A DNA stretch of 58,169 nucleotides from Candidatus Xenobia bacterium (GTDB taxonomy: Bacteria > Vulcanimicrobiota > Xenobia > Xenobiales > QWHO01), in the NCBI GenBank assembly GCA_045863235.1, contig BTUM01000051.1, positions 1 to 58,169 on the forward strand, written 5' to 3'. The position numbers and the translations under genes are program-made. Position 1 is the stretch's first letter. Each line of letters starts with the position of its first letter. Shown piece by piece: positions 40,315 to 50,900 of the stretch. The notes below the pieces were generated by a model. It did no database searches and had not been told where the DNA came from. It saw nothing but the letters and a program-made list of their open reading frames with translations.

Positions 40315-40646
40315 CCGCCTATCTGTTTCTCGTCCTGGCCATCCTGGGCGAGATCATCGCCACCAACTTTCTGAAAGCCTCCGAGGGATTTACCCGACCG
40401 GCTCCCACCCTGGCCTCGTTGACCCTTTACGCCCTGGCCTTCTATTCGCTCAGCTTGAGCCTGCGCCAGGTGCCGCTGGGGATCGCCTACGCCATCTGGT
40501 CGGGAGTGGGCACGGCCGCCACCGCCTGGATCGGCTCCATGCTGTGGAACGAGTCCCTCAAAGCTCCCCAACTGGTGGGCCTGATGCTGATCGTGGGGGG
40601 AGTGCTGATGCTCAACCTGGGCGGCGCCGCGCACGCCACCGAATGA
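40311..40646 (+). CDS. SMR/DMT small multidrug efflux transporter
   Basis: E13/14, LKASEGF, AYAIWSGVG; 4 TM. Confidence 0.92.
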   Translation: MTAYLFLVLAILGEIIATNFLKASEGFTRPAPTLASLTLYALAFYSLSLSLRQVPLGIAYAIWSGVGTAATAWIGSMLWNESLKAPQLVGLMLIVGGVLMLNLGGAAHATE

Positions 40647-41527
40647 TCACCGCCGTGGCCCACCCGATCGCGGCCAAAAGCAGGGTGTGGCTCGAGACTC
40701 TGGAGGAGCTGGAACGGCGGGGGGTGGTGCTCAAGACCGAGGTCAGCCGCCATGCCGGCCATTCGCGCGAGCTGGCCGCCCGGCTGGCGGGGCAGTCCGA
40801 GCTGATGCTGGTGCTGGGCGGGGACGGCACCATTCACGAGGTGCTCAACGGCCTGTTCGATCAGCCCGGGCCCCGCCCGGCCCTCTGCCTGGTGCCGGTG
40901 GGCACGGGCAACGACCTGTGCCGGGCGCTGGACGTGCGCCTGGAGAAGGACCGACTGGTGCAGACCGTGCTCGAGGGCGTGCGCCGGCGCATGGACCTGG
41001 GCCGCCTGACCTGCGACGGGGGGACGGTCTTTTTTGGCTGCACCTGCTCGGCCGGCTTTGCTGCCGAGGTGGCCCGCCGCACCGACGAGCTGGCCAGCAA
41101 GTCGAAGTTGCGCGGGCTCAGCTACTCGGTGGCCCTGTTCTTGTGCCTGACGGGCTTTAAGAGCCCGCGGGCCCACTTCACCATCGACGGCAAGGAGCAC
41201 CGCGCACCCCTGCTCTTCAATTTGAACCTGTGCAACACGCGCTACTACGGAGGGGGCATGACGGCAGCTCCCAAAGCCGACCCCTTCGACGGGGAGCTGG
41301 ACATGGTGAGTATGGAGCTCAACCGCCTCCAGGTCTTGCAGGCTCTGCCTCGCAACTACTCGGGCAACTTCGACGGCATCGCGGGGGTGGTGCAGCAGCG
41401 GGTGCGCCGGCTGCGCCTGGAGACCGACCCCCCGGTGCTGGTGCAGGCCGATGGCCAGATCGTGGGGCGCAGTCCCCTCGAGGTGGAGGTCGTGCCGGCC
41501 GCTCTGGAGCTGGTGCTGCCGCCATGA
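40643..41527 (+). CDS. Diacylglycerol/lipid kinase family protein
   Basis: GGDGTIHEVLNG, PVGTGND, YYGGGM, QADG. Confidence 0.9.
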   Translation: MITAVAHPIAAKSRVWLETLEELERRGVVLKTEVSRHAGHSRELAARLAGQSELMLVLGGDGTIHEVLNGLFDQPGPRPALCLVPVGTGNDLCRALDVRLEKDRLVQTVLEGVRRRMDLGRLTCDGGTVFFGCTCSAGFAAEVARRTDELASKSKLRGLSYSVALFLCLTGFKSPRAHFTIDGKEHRAPLLFNLNLCNTRYYGGGMTAAPKADPFDGELDMVSMELNRLQVLQALPRNYSGNFDGIAGVVQQRVRRLRLETDPPVLVQADGQIVGRSPLEVEVVPAALELVLPP

Positions 41528-42315
41528 TCCGACTGGTGGTGCTGGACCTGGACGGGACCATCTACGACCCGGGCGGCGACCCGCGCATCAGCCCCCGGGT
41601 CGTGCAGGCCGTCAGGTCGGTGCAAGAGCGCGGCGTGGGATTGACGCTGGCCACCGGGCGAACGCTGGAGTATTCGCGCCAGCTGGCGGTGCAGCTGGGG
41701 CTGTCGCTGCCCATGGTGGCCGCCGGCGGGGCGGTGGTGGGCTACCCTCTGACGGGCGAGACGATCTACCAGGCCCACATCGAGCCTTTCGAAGAGGTTC
41801 TGGAGTGGTTTGCCCGCACTGAGCGCGAAGTGTGCCTCTACCTGAGAGGGCCGCACGGCTTGCGCCTGCTCCAGAACCGGGCCCCACGCCCGGACAGCTA
41901 CTACGAGCAGCTCTTCGGAGGGCCCCGCCAACTGACCCGCCAGGCAGCCCTGGAGCCGGGCGAAGTGTTGCTCAAGTTCATCATCGTCAGCCCGGACGAG
42001 CTTCCTGCCGCGGAGATCGAGGCCGTTCCACTGGTGCGCACTCATCCCGACCTGGTCGAGGGGGCCGCTCCCGGGGTGGACAAAGGCACGGGGCTGGACA
42101 TTCTGCTGGGGCACCTGGGCCTGCACGGCTCGGAGGTACTGGCCGTGGGCGACAACGACAACGACCTGCCCCTGTTTGCGCGGGTGGGCCTGGCCGTGGC
42201 CATGGGCCACGCAACCGAGCGGGTGCGGGCGGCGGCCAGCTGGGTGGCTCCCCCCTTCGAGGAGGACGGTGCCGCGGTGGCACTGGAGCGGTTCTTGATT
42301 TCAAAAAACTTTTAG
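41524..42315 (+). CDS. Cof-type HAD-IIB hydrolase
   Basis: DLDGT, ATGR, VDKG, GDNDND. Confidence 0.9.
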   Translation: MIRLVVLDLDGTIYDPGGDPRISPRVVQAVRSVQERGVGLTLATGRTLEYSRQLAVQLGLSLPMVAAGGAVVGYPLTGETIYQAHIEPFEEVLEWFARTEREVCLYLRGPHGLRLLQNRAPRPDSYYEQLFGGPRQLTRQAALEPGEVLLKFIIVSPDELPAAEIEAVPLVRTHPDLVEGAAPGVDKGTGLDILLGHLGLHGSEVLAVGDNDNDLPLFARVGLAVAMGHATERVRAAASWVAPPFEEDGAAVALERFLISKNF

Positions 42316-42331
42316 GCGAGCCGACTAGGCT
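42299..42331 (+). promoter_or_regulatory. Recurrent promoter box TTTCAA-N5-TTTTAG-N10-TAGGCT, 7 nt before GTG 42339
   Basis: Read directly; overlaps the end of the HAD gene. Confidence 0.7.
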
Positions 42332-42338
42332 TGTGAGC

Positions 42339-43436
42339 GTGATCATCGGCTCTCTTGGAAACGCCACCTTTCGCCAGCCTCTGCCCGCCGCCAGCCGAGC
42401 CGTGGAAGGGACGCCCTGCCTCGAGCAGGTGACGCTGAGCGGTGGGCCGACGCCTCCCCGCGTGACTCCCGACGCCAGCCTTGCCGCCTCCCTGGTGGGC
42501 GGATCCCTGGCCGGACCTATCGTGATCGGCCACCGTGGCGCCAGCGGCTACCTGCCCCAGCACACCCTGGCCGCCTACGAGCTGGCTATCAAACAGGGAG
42601 CTGATTTCATCGAGCCCGACCTGGTGATGACGAAGGATCGGGTGCTCATCACCCGCCACGAGAACGAGATCTCCCTGACCACCGACGTGGCCGCGCGGCC
42701 CGAGTTCGCCGACCGCAAGACCACCAGGCAGATCGACGGAAAGCCAGTTACGGGCTGGTTCACGGAAGACTTTACTCTGGCCGAGCTCAAGAGTCTGAAG
42801 GTGACGGGGGCCCCCCACGACGGACCGGAGTTTCGCATCGCCACCTTCGAGGAAGTGCTGGATCTGGTGGATCGCACCGGTCGCAAGGTGGGGCTCTATC
42901 CCGAGACCAAACATCCCACCCACTTCGACCAGTTGGGCCTGAGCCTGGAGGAGCCCCTGGTGCAAGCTCTCCGTCGGCGCGGCTACGAAGGGGCCGAGGC
43001 CCCCATCTTCATCCAGTCTTTCGAGGTGGGCAACCTCAAGGAGCTCAATCAGATGACCGACCTGCGCCTGGTGCAGCTGGTGGACACAGAAGGCTGCCCG
43101 GCTGACAGCCCGGTTCCCTACAGCCAGATGCTCACTCCCGCCGGCCTGGCCGAGGTGGCCACCTACGCCGATGGCATCGGGCCCTGGAAAGAGCAGGTGC
43201 GGGGCACCTCGCTGGTCCGGGACGCCCACAGCCATGGGCTGCTGGTTCACCCCTACACCTTCCGGGCCGAGAACGAGCACCTGCCCGCCGAGCTGCGCAG
43301 CGCCGACCCGGCCGGGCTGGGCGACCTGGAGAGCGAGGTGCGCAGCTATCTCGAGGCCGGCGTGGACGGGGTGTTCGCCAACCACCCCGATCTGGCCGTG
43401 CGCGCCCGGGACAAGTTCCTGCAGTCTCGCTCCTGA
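42339..43436 (+). CDS. glpQ: Glycerophosphodiester phosphodiesterase with atypical N-terminal leader
   Basis: IGHRGASGY, IEPDLVMTKD, RHE, YPETKHP, IQSFE, HPYTFR. Confidence 0.9.
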   Translation: MIIGSLGNATFRQPLPAASRAVEGTPCLEQVTLSGGPTPPRVTPDASLAASLVGGSLAGPIVIGHRGASGYLPQHTLAAYELAIKQGADFIEPDLVMTKDRVLITRHENEISLTTDVAARPEFADRKTTRQIDGKPVTGWFTEDFTLAELKSLKVTGAPHDGPEFRIATFEEVLDLVDRTGRKVGLYPETKHPTHFDQLGLSLEEPLVQALRRRGYEGAEAPIFIQSFEVGNLKELNQMTDLRLVQLVDTEGCPADSPVPYSQMLTPAGLAEVATYADGIGPWKEQVRGTSLVRDAHSHGLLVHPYTFRAENEHLPAELRSADPAGLGDLESEVRSYLEAGVDGVFANHPDLAVRARDKFLQSRS

Positions 43437-43481
43437 GCTCGAAGGGGGTCGTCCGACGAGAGGCCTCGAACAGACCCGATC

Positions 43482-43943
43482 ATGCTGATCGGCGTCATCT
43501 CGGACACCCACGGATTACTTCGCCCCGAAGCCATCGAAGCGCTGCGAGGGGTGGAGCAGATCTTGCACGCCGGCGACATCGAAGACCCCTACACCCTCGA
43601 GCAACTCTCCGAGCTGGCTCCCGTCACGGCAGTGCGAGGAAACTGCGACACGGGCGAGCTGCGAGCCCTGCCTCTGAGCGTGGCGGTGGAGTGGGCAGGC
43701 GTGCGCATCTTCATGCTGCACATCCAGGAAGACCTTGATCTGGATCCTGCCACGGCCGGCTTTCAGGTGGTCATCGTCGGCCACACGCACCAACCCCGCA
43801 TGGAGGAGCGCCAGGGCGTGCTCTACCTCAACCCCGGCAGCGCCGGGCCGCGCCGCTTCAAGCTGCCCGTTTCGCTGGCCCGCCTGCGCCTGGAGCAGGG
43901 ACGGGCCGAGGCCGAGATCGTCCAACTTTTCAAACCGCTTTGA
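43482..43943 (+). CDS. YfcE-like metallophosphoesterase
   Basis: SDTH, HAGD, VRGNCD, GHTH, NPGS. Confidence 0.92.
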   Translation: MLIGVISDTHGLLRPEAIEALRGVEQILHAGDIEDPYTLEQLSELAPVTAVRGNCDTGELRALPLSVAVEWAGVRIFMLHIQEDLDLDPATAGFQVVIVGHTHQPRMEERQGVLYLNPGSAGPRRFKLPVSLARLRLEQGRAEAEIVQLFKPL

Positions 43944-43960
43944 GCCCTGAGGAGTATGTT
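43928..43960 (+). promoter_or_regulatory. Recurrent promoter box TTTCAA-N5-TTTGAG-N10-TATGTT upstream of 44025
   Basis: Read directly; this copy has a leader of about 64 nt before the ATG. Confidence 0.7.
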
Positions 43961-44024
43961 ACCATTTAAAGAGAAGTGCTGAAGGATCGGCAAACAGGAA
44001 ACAACTTCTGGGGGTAACATTCCG

Positions 44025-45212
44025 ATGCTCATTCAACCAAACGTCGCCCTGGCCTCAACCGCTCCTCTGGCGGCCGCCTCACGCAGCCGCACCAGGACAG
44101 AGACGGCCGAGGCGGCGCCTGCGGATGGCGCCCAGGTCAACGCTCCCCCGGTGCTCGAGAATCCCGACGACGCCGTCAAGAAGCTGGCGGTCGGGTTTGG
44201 CTACACGGAGTTTCCCCAGGTCTCTCCAGACGGCGAGAAGCTCGTCTTCAACACGGTGGGCGACTTCACCACCTCCCAGATGCTGATCATGGACACGAAG
44301 GGCGGCAAAGTGCGCTCGCTGTTCACCGGCGAGGAAGTGACCGCCGACAACGTCAAAGCATTCCTGGCCAGGCACAAGGACCACATCGACGAGCAGGCCA
44401 CCTGGAGCCTGGACGGCAAGTCGCTCTTCTTCCGCACCAACCGCCAGGGCACGTTTGCCCTGGCCCGCTACGACTTCAAGTCCGAAGAGCAGACCGTGCT
44501 GGCCCACGATCCCAAGCTCAACATGAAGCACCCCGCCGAGACCGAGGACGGCTGGCTGGTGGCCTACGGCGGCCCCCCCTCCGAGAAGTACGCCACCGTG
44601 GATCAGTACACCAACCTGTTCATGGTCAACCCCGAGAACGGCCGGGTGCGCATGCTGACCGAATCCGATGGCAGCGTCAGCTACAAGCACCCCATCCCAT
44701 ACGGCGACAAGATCCTGGCCCATAAGGAGATGGGCAAGGAAGGCTCCGAGCAGGCCGACCTGGTCATGATCGATCCAAAGACCGGGGTCGAGACCAACCT
44801 GACCAACACCCCCAGCGCTATCGAGCGCCATCCGATGTACTGCGAAAAGCGCGATCTCATCGCCTTCCACTCCGATGAGACGGGAGACAAGAACATCTGG
44901 ATCGGCGACCCGGACGGGGGGCGCAAGTGCCAGCTCACCTTCTATGGCCGGGCGGCCCAATCGCCCTGCTGGTCTCCCGGCGGCAAGAAGATCTTCTTCG
45001 TCAAGAAAGACATCCGCCAGGCCGAGGACGAGCCCTTCTACGCTCGCCAGGCCGAGATCCGCGTGCTCGACGTCAAGGACGCCCTCAAGGACCTGGCCAA
45101 ACAGGCCCGGGCCCAGGTGAAAGACCTCGAGAAAGCCGATGCCCCCGCCGAGCAGGTGGCGGCCGCCCGCCAGCGCTACGAGGATTACAAGTATTTTCTG
45201 GAGCGCTACTGA
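44025..45212 (+). CDS. TolB-like/PD40 beta-propeller protein with N-terminal leader
   Basis: PQVSPDGEKLVF, ATWSLDGKSLFF, IAFHSD, PCWSPGGKKIFF. Confidence 0.85.
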   Translation: MLIQPNVALASTAPLAAASRSRTRTETAEAAPADGAQVNAPPVLENPDDAVKKLAVGFGYTEFPQVSPDGEKLVFNTVGDFTTSQMLIMDTKGGKVRSLFTGEEVTADNVKAFLARHKDHIDEQATWSLDGKSLFFRTNRQGTFALARYDFKSEEQTVLAHDPKLNMKHPAETEDGWLVAYGGPPSEKYATVDQYTNLFMVNPENGRVRMLTESDGSVSYKHPIPYGDKILAHKEMGKEGSEQADLVMIDPKTGVETNLTNTPSAIERHPMYCEKRDLIAFHSDETGDKNIWIGDPDGGRKCQLTFYGRAAQSPCWSPGGKKIFFVKKDIRQAEDEPFYARQAEIRVLDVKDALKDLAKQARAQVKDLEKADAPAEQVAAARQRYEDYKYFLERY

Positions 45213-45213
45213 A

Positions 45214-45246
45214 CTTCAGAACTCTTTCAGGCCGGCTCGGTAGAAT
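45214..45246 (+). promoter_or_regulatory. Recurrent promoter box CTTCAG-N5-TTTCAG-N10-TAGAAT, 9 nt before ATG 45256
   Basis: Read directly. Confidence 0.75.
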
Positions 45247-45255
45247 GAGCCCAAG

Positions 45256-45450
45256 ATGATTGACAACAGCCTTCGCGTAACCGCCTCCAACAACTACCTG
45301 ATGAGCAGCGCCGCCGGTGCGGCCTGCCTGCCGCCTCCCACCCACGGCGAGCTGGTGCTCGACAGCGGTCTGAGCAGCCTGGCCTGGCTCGAGCAGCCGA
45401 TGAGCTTCTCGGAGATGTGCCACAGCGGCGCCTCCAGCTTCATCCTCTGA
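45256..45450 (+). CDS. Small hypothetical protein (64 aa)
   Basis: Has its own promoter box and downstream terminator; GC3-biased codons. Confidence 0.65.
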   Translation: MIDNSLRVTASNNYLMSSAAGAACLPPPTHGELVLDSGLSSLAWLEQPMSFSEMCHSGASSFIL

Positions 45451-45475
45451 GCTGGATGGACTTACCCCTCGGAGC

Positions 45476-45508
45476 AGAAAAGCCCGGCCTTGAAGCCGGG
45501 CTTTTTCT
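45476..45508. terminator. Bidirectional Rho-independent terminator
   Basis: AGAAAAGCCCGGC-CTTGAA-GCCGGGCTTTTTCT between convergent genes. Confidence 0.85.
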
Positions 45509-45544
45509 ATGTTCTTCGGCATTGCTCCCGAAGCGACAGAGCGA

Positions 45545-46825
45545 TCAGTACCGGTCGTGGGACAGGATCTGCAAATTGACGGCTCCCCCGGAGCTGTTCT
45601 GCAGCTCCATGTCGTACGTCACCTTCGAGCTCGATTGAAGCGTAACCGTTTTGCCGATCACCGAGCCGAAAAGATGGCCCTGGTCGTCGAGCAACACGTT
45701 GGCGTCGGGGGCATAGACGGAGTAGTAACCTTTGGTGGGAACTCCCCCCTTCTTGGCTTTCAATCCAACCGGCCCCTGCGAGACAAAGACCTTCAGCAGG
45801 GGGGGTTTGAGCGAATCGTTCACCACAGCTCCGTCCAGCATCTTCATGCTCTTCTTGATGTAGAGCGAGGTGGGCAAGACCGTATTGGGAAGCTGAATGG
45901 CTGAGTCATCGCGAACGGTGAGACTGGTGAAGGTGTATTCCCCGCCCGGGACCAGGGTCAGAACGCCCCCCAACTCCACCGTCACGTTGCCGTAGGCGCC
46001 GGGTGGCAGGGGCGGACCCGCGGCGCTGATGGTGACGTCGGCGTAAGGCACGTCGGCCGGGTCGGGATTGAGAGGATCGGTGCCCGTGGCCGGGTCGAGC
46101 CCCTCCGGGTCAACCGGGAGCGAGACAGCTTTGAAGTTGATGGGTGAGGGCATGGTGATCTGCCCGCCCACCACAGAGCTACTCCCGTCCACCAGGATCC
46201 CTCCAGGATTGACCACCCCCGGCGCTGTGTAGGCCTTGCCGTTGACCTTGGAGTTCTTGGTAATCTGAATGGAGTTCTTGGCGGTGATATTGGTTGCCAC
46301 GTGCCCGTGGACGCCGGCCGGGATCGGGTTTCCCTCGGAGTTGTAGAAATCGACCTCGGAGGAGTCGTCGAGAATGACCGAGTTGCGAGCGAACACGGCA
46401 TAGCTGAACATGCTCTGGGTAATCCGGGCCAGCAACCCGACCCTGCGGCGCGCGCGAATCTCGAAGCCGTCGTTCTGGGCCCGCCCCTCGGAGAGAATGT
46501 AGCGATAATCCGGCCCGGGGATCACCACGCCCGCAGGGATGCCCGGATCGCCCTGGCGAAACACCGTGGTATCAAACGAATCGGTCGAGCCAAGCAAGAA
46601 CTCGGAAGCGCCGGGGTGGTTCATGTCCGCCTGGAGCCGGTTCAGGGTGATGGCCAGGCCCGCTTCAGCGGCATAGTAAGCTCTCTCGCTCTGGGCCTGC
46701 GCGTTGGCCAGACTCAGGTTCCCGGTGCCCAGCGACACCACCCCGGCTGCGATCACCGCCATCACCGTCAAGACGAGCAGCACCACGATGATCGCGACCC
46801 CTTGCCTCGTGCCTGTTCTTCTCAT
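45545..46825 (-). CDS. PilX-like minor pilin
   Basis: RQG|VAIIVVLL, A.YAAEAGL motif, beta-rich C-terminal domain. Confidence 0.8.
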   Translation of the reverse strand: MRRTGTRQGVAIIVVLLVLTVMAVIAAGVVSLGTGNLSLANAQAQSERAYYAAEAGLAITLNRLQADMNHPGASEFLLGSTDSFDTTVFRQGDPGIPAGVVIPGPDYRYILSEGRAQNDGFEIRARRRVGLLARITQSMFSYAVFARNSVILDDSSEVDFYNSEGNPIPAGVHGHVATNITAKNSIQITKNSKVNGKAYTAPGVVNPGGILVDGSSSVVGGQITMPSPINFKAVSLPVDPEGLDPATGTDPLNPDPADVPYADVTISAAGPPLPPGAYGNVTVELGGVLTLVPGGEYTFTSLTVRDDSAIQLPNTVLPTSLYIKKSMKMLDGAVVNDSLKPPLLKVFVSQGPVGLKAKKGGVPTKGYYSVYAPDANVLLDDQGHLFGSVIGKTVTLQSSSKVTYDMELQNSSGGAVNLQILSHDRY

Positions 46826-46837
46826 CGGCTCACCTTC

Positions 46838-47467
46838 TTAGAAACGATTCTGGAGATAGGCCCGGCTGATGAGCTCCATCTCCGTGACTTTGTTCGTGCC
46901 CGTGGCCTCCGTCGCTCGTATCTCGATCCGAAGGGTGTCCGGGGAGACATCCGCCTGGACCCGGAACCGGGTGATGTTGCGAGCGATGATCCGCAGGTTT
47001 GGCCCCGCAAAATTGAAGCTGGCGTACAACGGTATCACGGCGGGGGGCATCACGTTGGGCAACCCGGGCGCGACAGGCGGAGCAAGCTCCTGGCGCTCCA
47101 ACTCTCCGGTGGGTTGGAGACGGTAACAGACCCACTTCTGCCAGTTGATCACCCCCAGCGGGCTGTGCTGCACCGGTCCGTCGTTGGGCATCGGCTGGGC
47201 GGCCGAAAGGAAGATCAGGTGGGGGACGGGGAGGGCGTTGTAGGACCAGCAATTCGGCCGCGAGTCCTGCAACTCGGCGAGCAGGTTTCGCATGGCGATC
47301 AGGGACTGGTTCTGCACCGTCTGATAGGCACGGCCCTGTTGAAAATAGCGCATGCCGCCCACCATCAGCAAGTAACAGGCGCCCAGCAGGAAGAGCAGGA
47401 GCGAGCCGGCCACCAGCACTTCGATGATCGAAAAGCCCGCTCGACGGCCCTTAGAAGTCGGCCACAT
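46838..47467 (-). CDS. PilW/PulJ-like prepilin
   Basis: RRAG|FSIIEVLVA class III signal. Confidence 0.85.
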   Translation of the reverse strand: MWPTSKGRRAGFSIIEVLVAGSLLLFLLGACYLLMVGGMRYFQQGRAYQTVQNQSLIAMRNLLAELQDSRPNCWSYNALPVPHLIFLSAAQPMPNDGPVQHSPLGVINWQKWVCYRLQPTGELERQELAPPVAPGLPNVMPPAVIPLYASFNFAGPNLRIIARNITRFRVQADVSPDTLRIEIRATEATGTNKVTEMELISRAYLQNRF

Positions 47468-47852
47468 AGCTCTGCAGCCTCACGCTTCGTTGAATCGGGC
47501 CCTCTCTCCAGCGCACTTCGGAAACAACGTTATTGACGTTGGGCCAGCCCTGAGGGGTGACCGTGACCTGGCCCTGAAAGGTCGTATTGACCGCCACCCC
47601 GTTGACCTGGCCGGGGACCGTGACGGCTGGTGGAACAAAGCTGGTGGCATTGGCAAAACCCAGGGCCATGGCCCGCTCGAGGTATTCCCGGGCCAGATTC
47701 GTGGCCACCGAGACATTCTTGGCCTGGGTGGTGGCGCGATGGGTAGTCGGGAAAATGCCGAACAGCAGCAATAAAGAGATGCAGAAAATCCCGAGACCGA
47801 AGATAATCTCGAGCAGCATGCTCATGCCCCGTCGCTTGTTCCCACACCTCAC
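47451..47852 (-). CDS. PilV-like prepilin
   Basis: KRRG|MSMLLEIIFGL; ATNLAREYLE; V.V.W motif; first gene of the pilin operon. Confidence 0.75.
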   Translation of the reverse strand: MRCGNKRRGMSMLLEIIFGLGIFCISLLLLFGIFPTTHRATTQAKNVSVATNLAREYLERAMALGFANATSFVPPAVTVPGQVNGVAVNTTFQGQVTVTPQGWPNVNNVVSEVRWREGPIQRSVRLQSYVADF

Positions 47853-47975
47853 GGAGAGAAACGTACCACATCAGCAAAACAAAGGAAAGGCCGAAGACAA
47901 AAAGAAGCACCCGAAATCGGCCGGAGCGTGCAGCCAAACCATAGCGCGGCCGGCCTGCGAGCGTAGCAACGTATC

Positions 47976-50900
47976 TTGCGCCCATTCATTCTGGCACTCT
48001 TCTTTTGCTCGGGCCTGTCGGGCCTGGTCTACGAGGTGCTCTGGACGCGCCGCCTGACCCTGACCTTCGGTCACTCGGTGCTGGCTGCCAGCACCGTGGT
48101 GACGGCTTATATGCTGGGACTGGCGGCCGGGAGCCTGTGGGCCGGCCGGCGGGTGGACCGTTCGATCCTCGCGCGAGGCTCCTTCCTCACCAATTACGCC
48201 TGGCTCGAGATCGGTATCGCCCTCTGGGCCGGGGCCTCTCCCTGGCTGCTGAATGGCATCGACCAGCTCTGGTTTGGCCTGGCGGCCGCCGGCTGGACCT
48301 CGCTGGGCCTCTGGCTGGCAGCTTTCCTCGCGGCGCTGACGGTGCTGACCCCACCCACCTTCCTGATGGGCGCCACCCTCCCGGTCTTGAGCCGGGCGCT
48401 GGTGGGCGAAAGCCGGCAGCTCGGGCGCTCGCTCTCCTGGCTGTACGGGGTCAACACGCTGGGCGCCTGCGCCGGCGCCGGACTGGCGGGCTGGTTCCTG
48501 CTGCCCGGTCTGGGCCTGACCACCTCGCTGTTGATCACGGCCGGGCTCAACCTGGGCCTGGGAGCTCTGGCCTGGCTGCTGGGGTGGGCCTGGCCCGGGC
48601 AGCCGGCCCCGGCGCCCACTCTCCGCGAGGAGGTCGTCGCAGACAACGCGACCGCGCTGGCGGCTCCGGCCATGGCCCTGGCCGGCCTGGCCTCCATGGC
48701 CCTGCAACTGGGCTGGACCCGCGCACTGGCCCAGCTGCTGGGCTCCTCGGTCTACGCCTTCTCGACCACCCTGGCCGTGTTCCTGGCCGGACTGGGGCTG
48801 GGAGGGGCTCTGTTCTCGCTCTTGCCTTCCGCGCGCCAGCCCCGTTCCTGGCACCTGGGGCTCATGCTGACCCTCACCGCTCTGGCCGCGGCCGGCAGCT
48901 ACCTGGTCATCGGCTGGTTGCCGGGGCTGGCCCTGCAGCTCAACCGCTTTGTGCGCCCCGACATCCTGGGCACCGTCTTGCCCACGGCCGGCCTGGCGGC
49001 CCTGGTCATCCTGCCTCCCACCCTGCTGATGGGGCTGGCTCTCCCCCTGGCCAGCGCTCTGGAAGCTCGCCGCCGCGACGCGCTGGGACGCGGCCTTTCG
49101 GCCGTCTACAGCGCCAACACCGCGGGTTGCATCGCGGGAGCTGCCCTGGCAGGTCTGGTGGCCATCCCCTTCCTGGGCGTCCAGCTCACTCTGAAGCTGG
49201 CCGCTGTGGCCTATTTGCTGGCAGCGCTCCTGGTCTGGCCGCGTGCCTGGCCGGCCCTGGCCACCGCTCTGGCGGTGCTGGCCCTTCCCGCCTGGAACCT
49301 GGCCCTGCTGGCCAACGGGCCGGGTGTCTACTCCGACTATCTGGCTCGCACGAAAGGCGCCGATACGTTGCGGCCGCCCACCTTCTACCGCGACGGCCTT
49401 TCCAGCACGGTCACGGTCAATGTCTACGGCCCCAACGAGCTGGCTCTGCGAGTCAACGGCAAGGTGGACGCCTCGCTGGGGATGCCGGACGTGCAGACCA
49501 TGCTCTTGCTGGGCTACATTCCTCCCACCTATCACGAGAGGTTGCGCAAGGTGGTGGTCATCGGGCTGGGGAGCGGATTCACCCTGCGCGCCCTGGCCAA
49601 CCTGCCCATGCTCGCGCGGCTCGATTGCGTCGAGCTCGAGCCTGCCGTGGTGGAGGCGGGACGCTACTGGGCTGGCTACAACGGTCGCGTGCTGGAGGAC
49701 CCGCGCCTGAAAATGCATCTAACCGATGGCCGCACCTTCATTCAGGCTTCCCGAGAGAAGTACGACATGATCGCCAGCGAGCCGTCCAACCCCTGGATCG
49801 CCGGGGTGGCCAACCTTTATACCCGGGAGTTCTACCTTACTTGCGCGCGCAAGCTCGAGCCCGGAGGGCTGATGGCCCAGTGGGTTCAACTCTACGGGCT
49901 ATCGCAGTTGGACCTGCACTCGATCCTGCGCACCTTCTTCGAGGTGTTTCCGCACGGGGCCGTCTGGCAAACCTCCAGCGGCGATCTGCTCTTGATCGGC
50001 TCTCTCACCCCCATCAAGTTCGACCTGGCTCGTCTGGAGAGATTGTACGCCGGCTCCCCCGCCATCCGTCGCGATCTCGCCGCCATCCAGCTGTATCGGC
50101 CGGGAATGTTGCTGGGCCACTACCTGGGTGAGCGCGAGCCCTTCTATGCCGCCTTCGGCGCCGCCCCGCGCAATATCGACGATCGGCCCCGACTGGAGTT
50201 CACTGCACCCTTCGGGTTGTACAACGACCAGACCGAGGCCAACCTGCTCTCTCTGGACGTGGCCCGAACCGGCCGAAGCTCGCTGCCGCCAGGCCTCGCT
50301 CCCACCCCCCAGCGCCTGATCGAGGCCGCCCACGGCCAGGTCAACCTGGGCCGGATGGGAGACATCCGTCGCCTCACCCCCCTGGCCAACGAGCCCGGCT
50401 GCAGCCTGGTGGCCGCCCTGGCGGCCGAGCGAGACGAGGATCCGACTGCTCCTCGACTCTACGAGCAGGCGCTCCAGGAGCAACCTGACGACCCGGTCAC
50501 GCTGTGGCTCGCCACCCTGTACCTTCTGAGGAAAGGAAACGCCTCGGACGCCGACAGGCTGCTGGCCCGCCTGGAGAAGAGCCCCCCACCCGGGTTGGAG
50601 GAGAGCGTGCAGGTGGTGCGGGCTCAGGTGCTGCACCGACTGGGCCGTCTGGATGAGGCTGAGAGCTGCTTGCTGCGTGCGATCGAAGTCAAGTCCGGCT
50701 ACAGCACCGCCTGGACCTGGCTGGGACGCATCCAGGCGGCTGCCAATAAGCCCGTCGAAGCTCTGGAGAGCTTCGAGAAAGCTCTCCAGTTGAATGCTTA
50801 CGACCCCGACGCCCGAGCGGGCAAGACCGTGGCCCTGATGGCCCTCAAGAGATGGCCGGAGGCGGTCGTGGCCGCTCAAGCCATGCTCGAGCTCCAGAGC

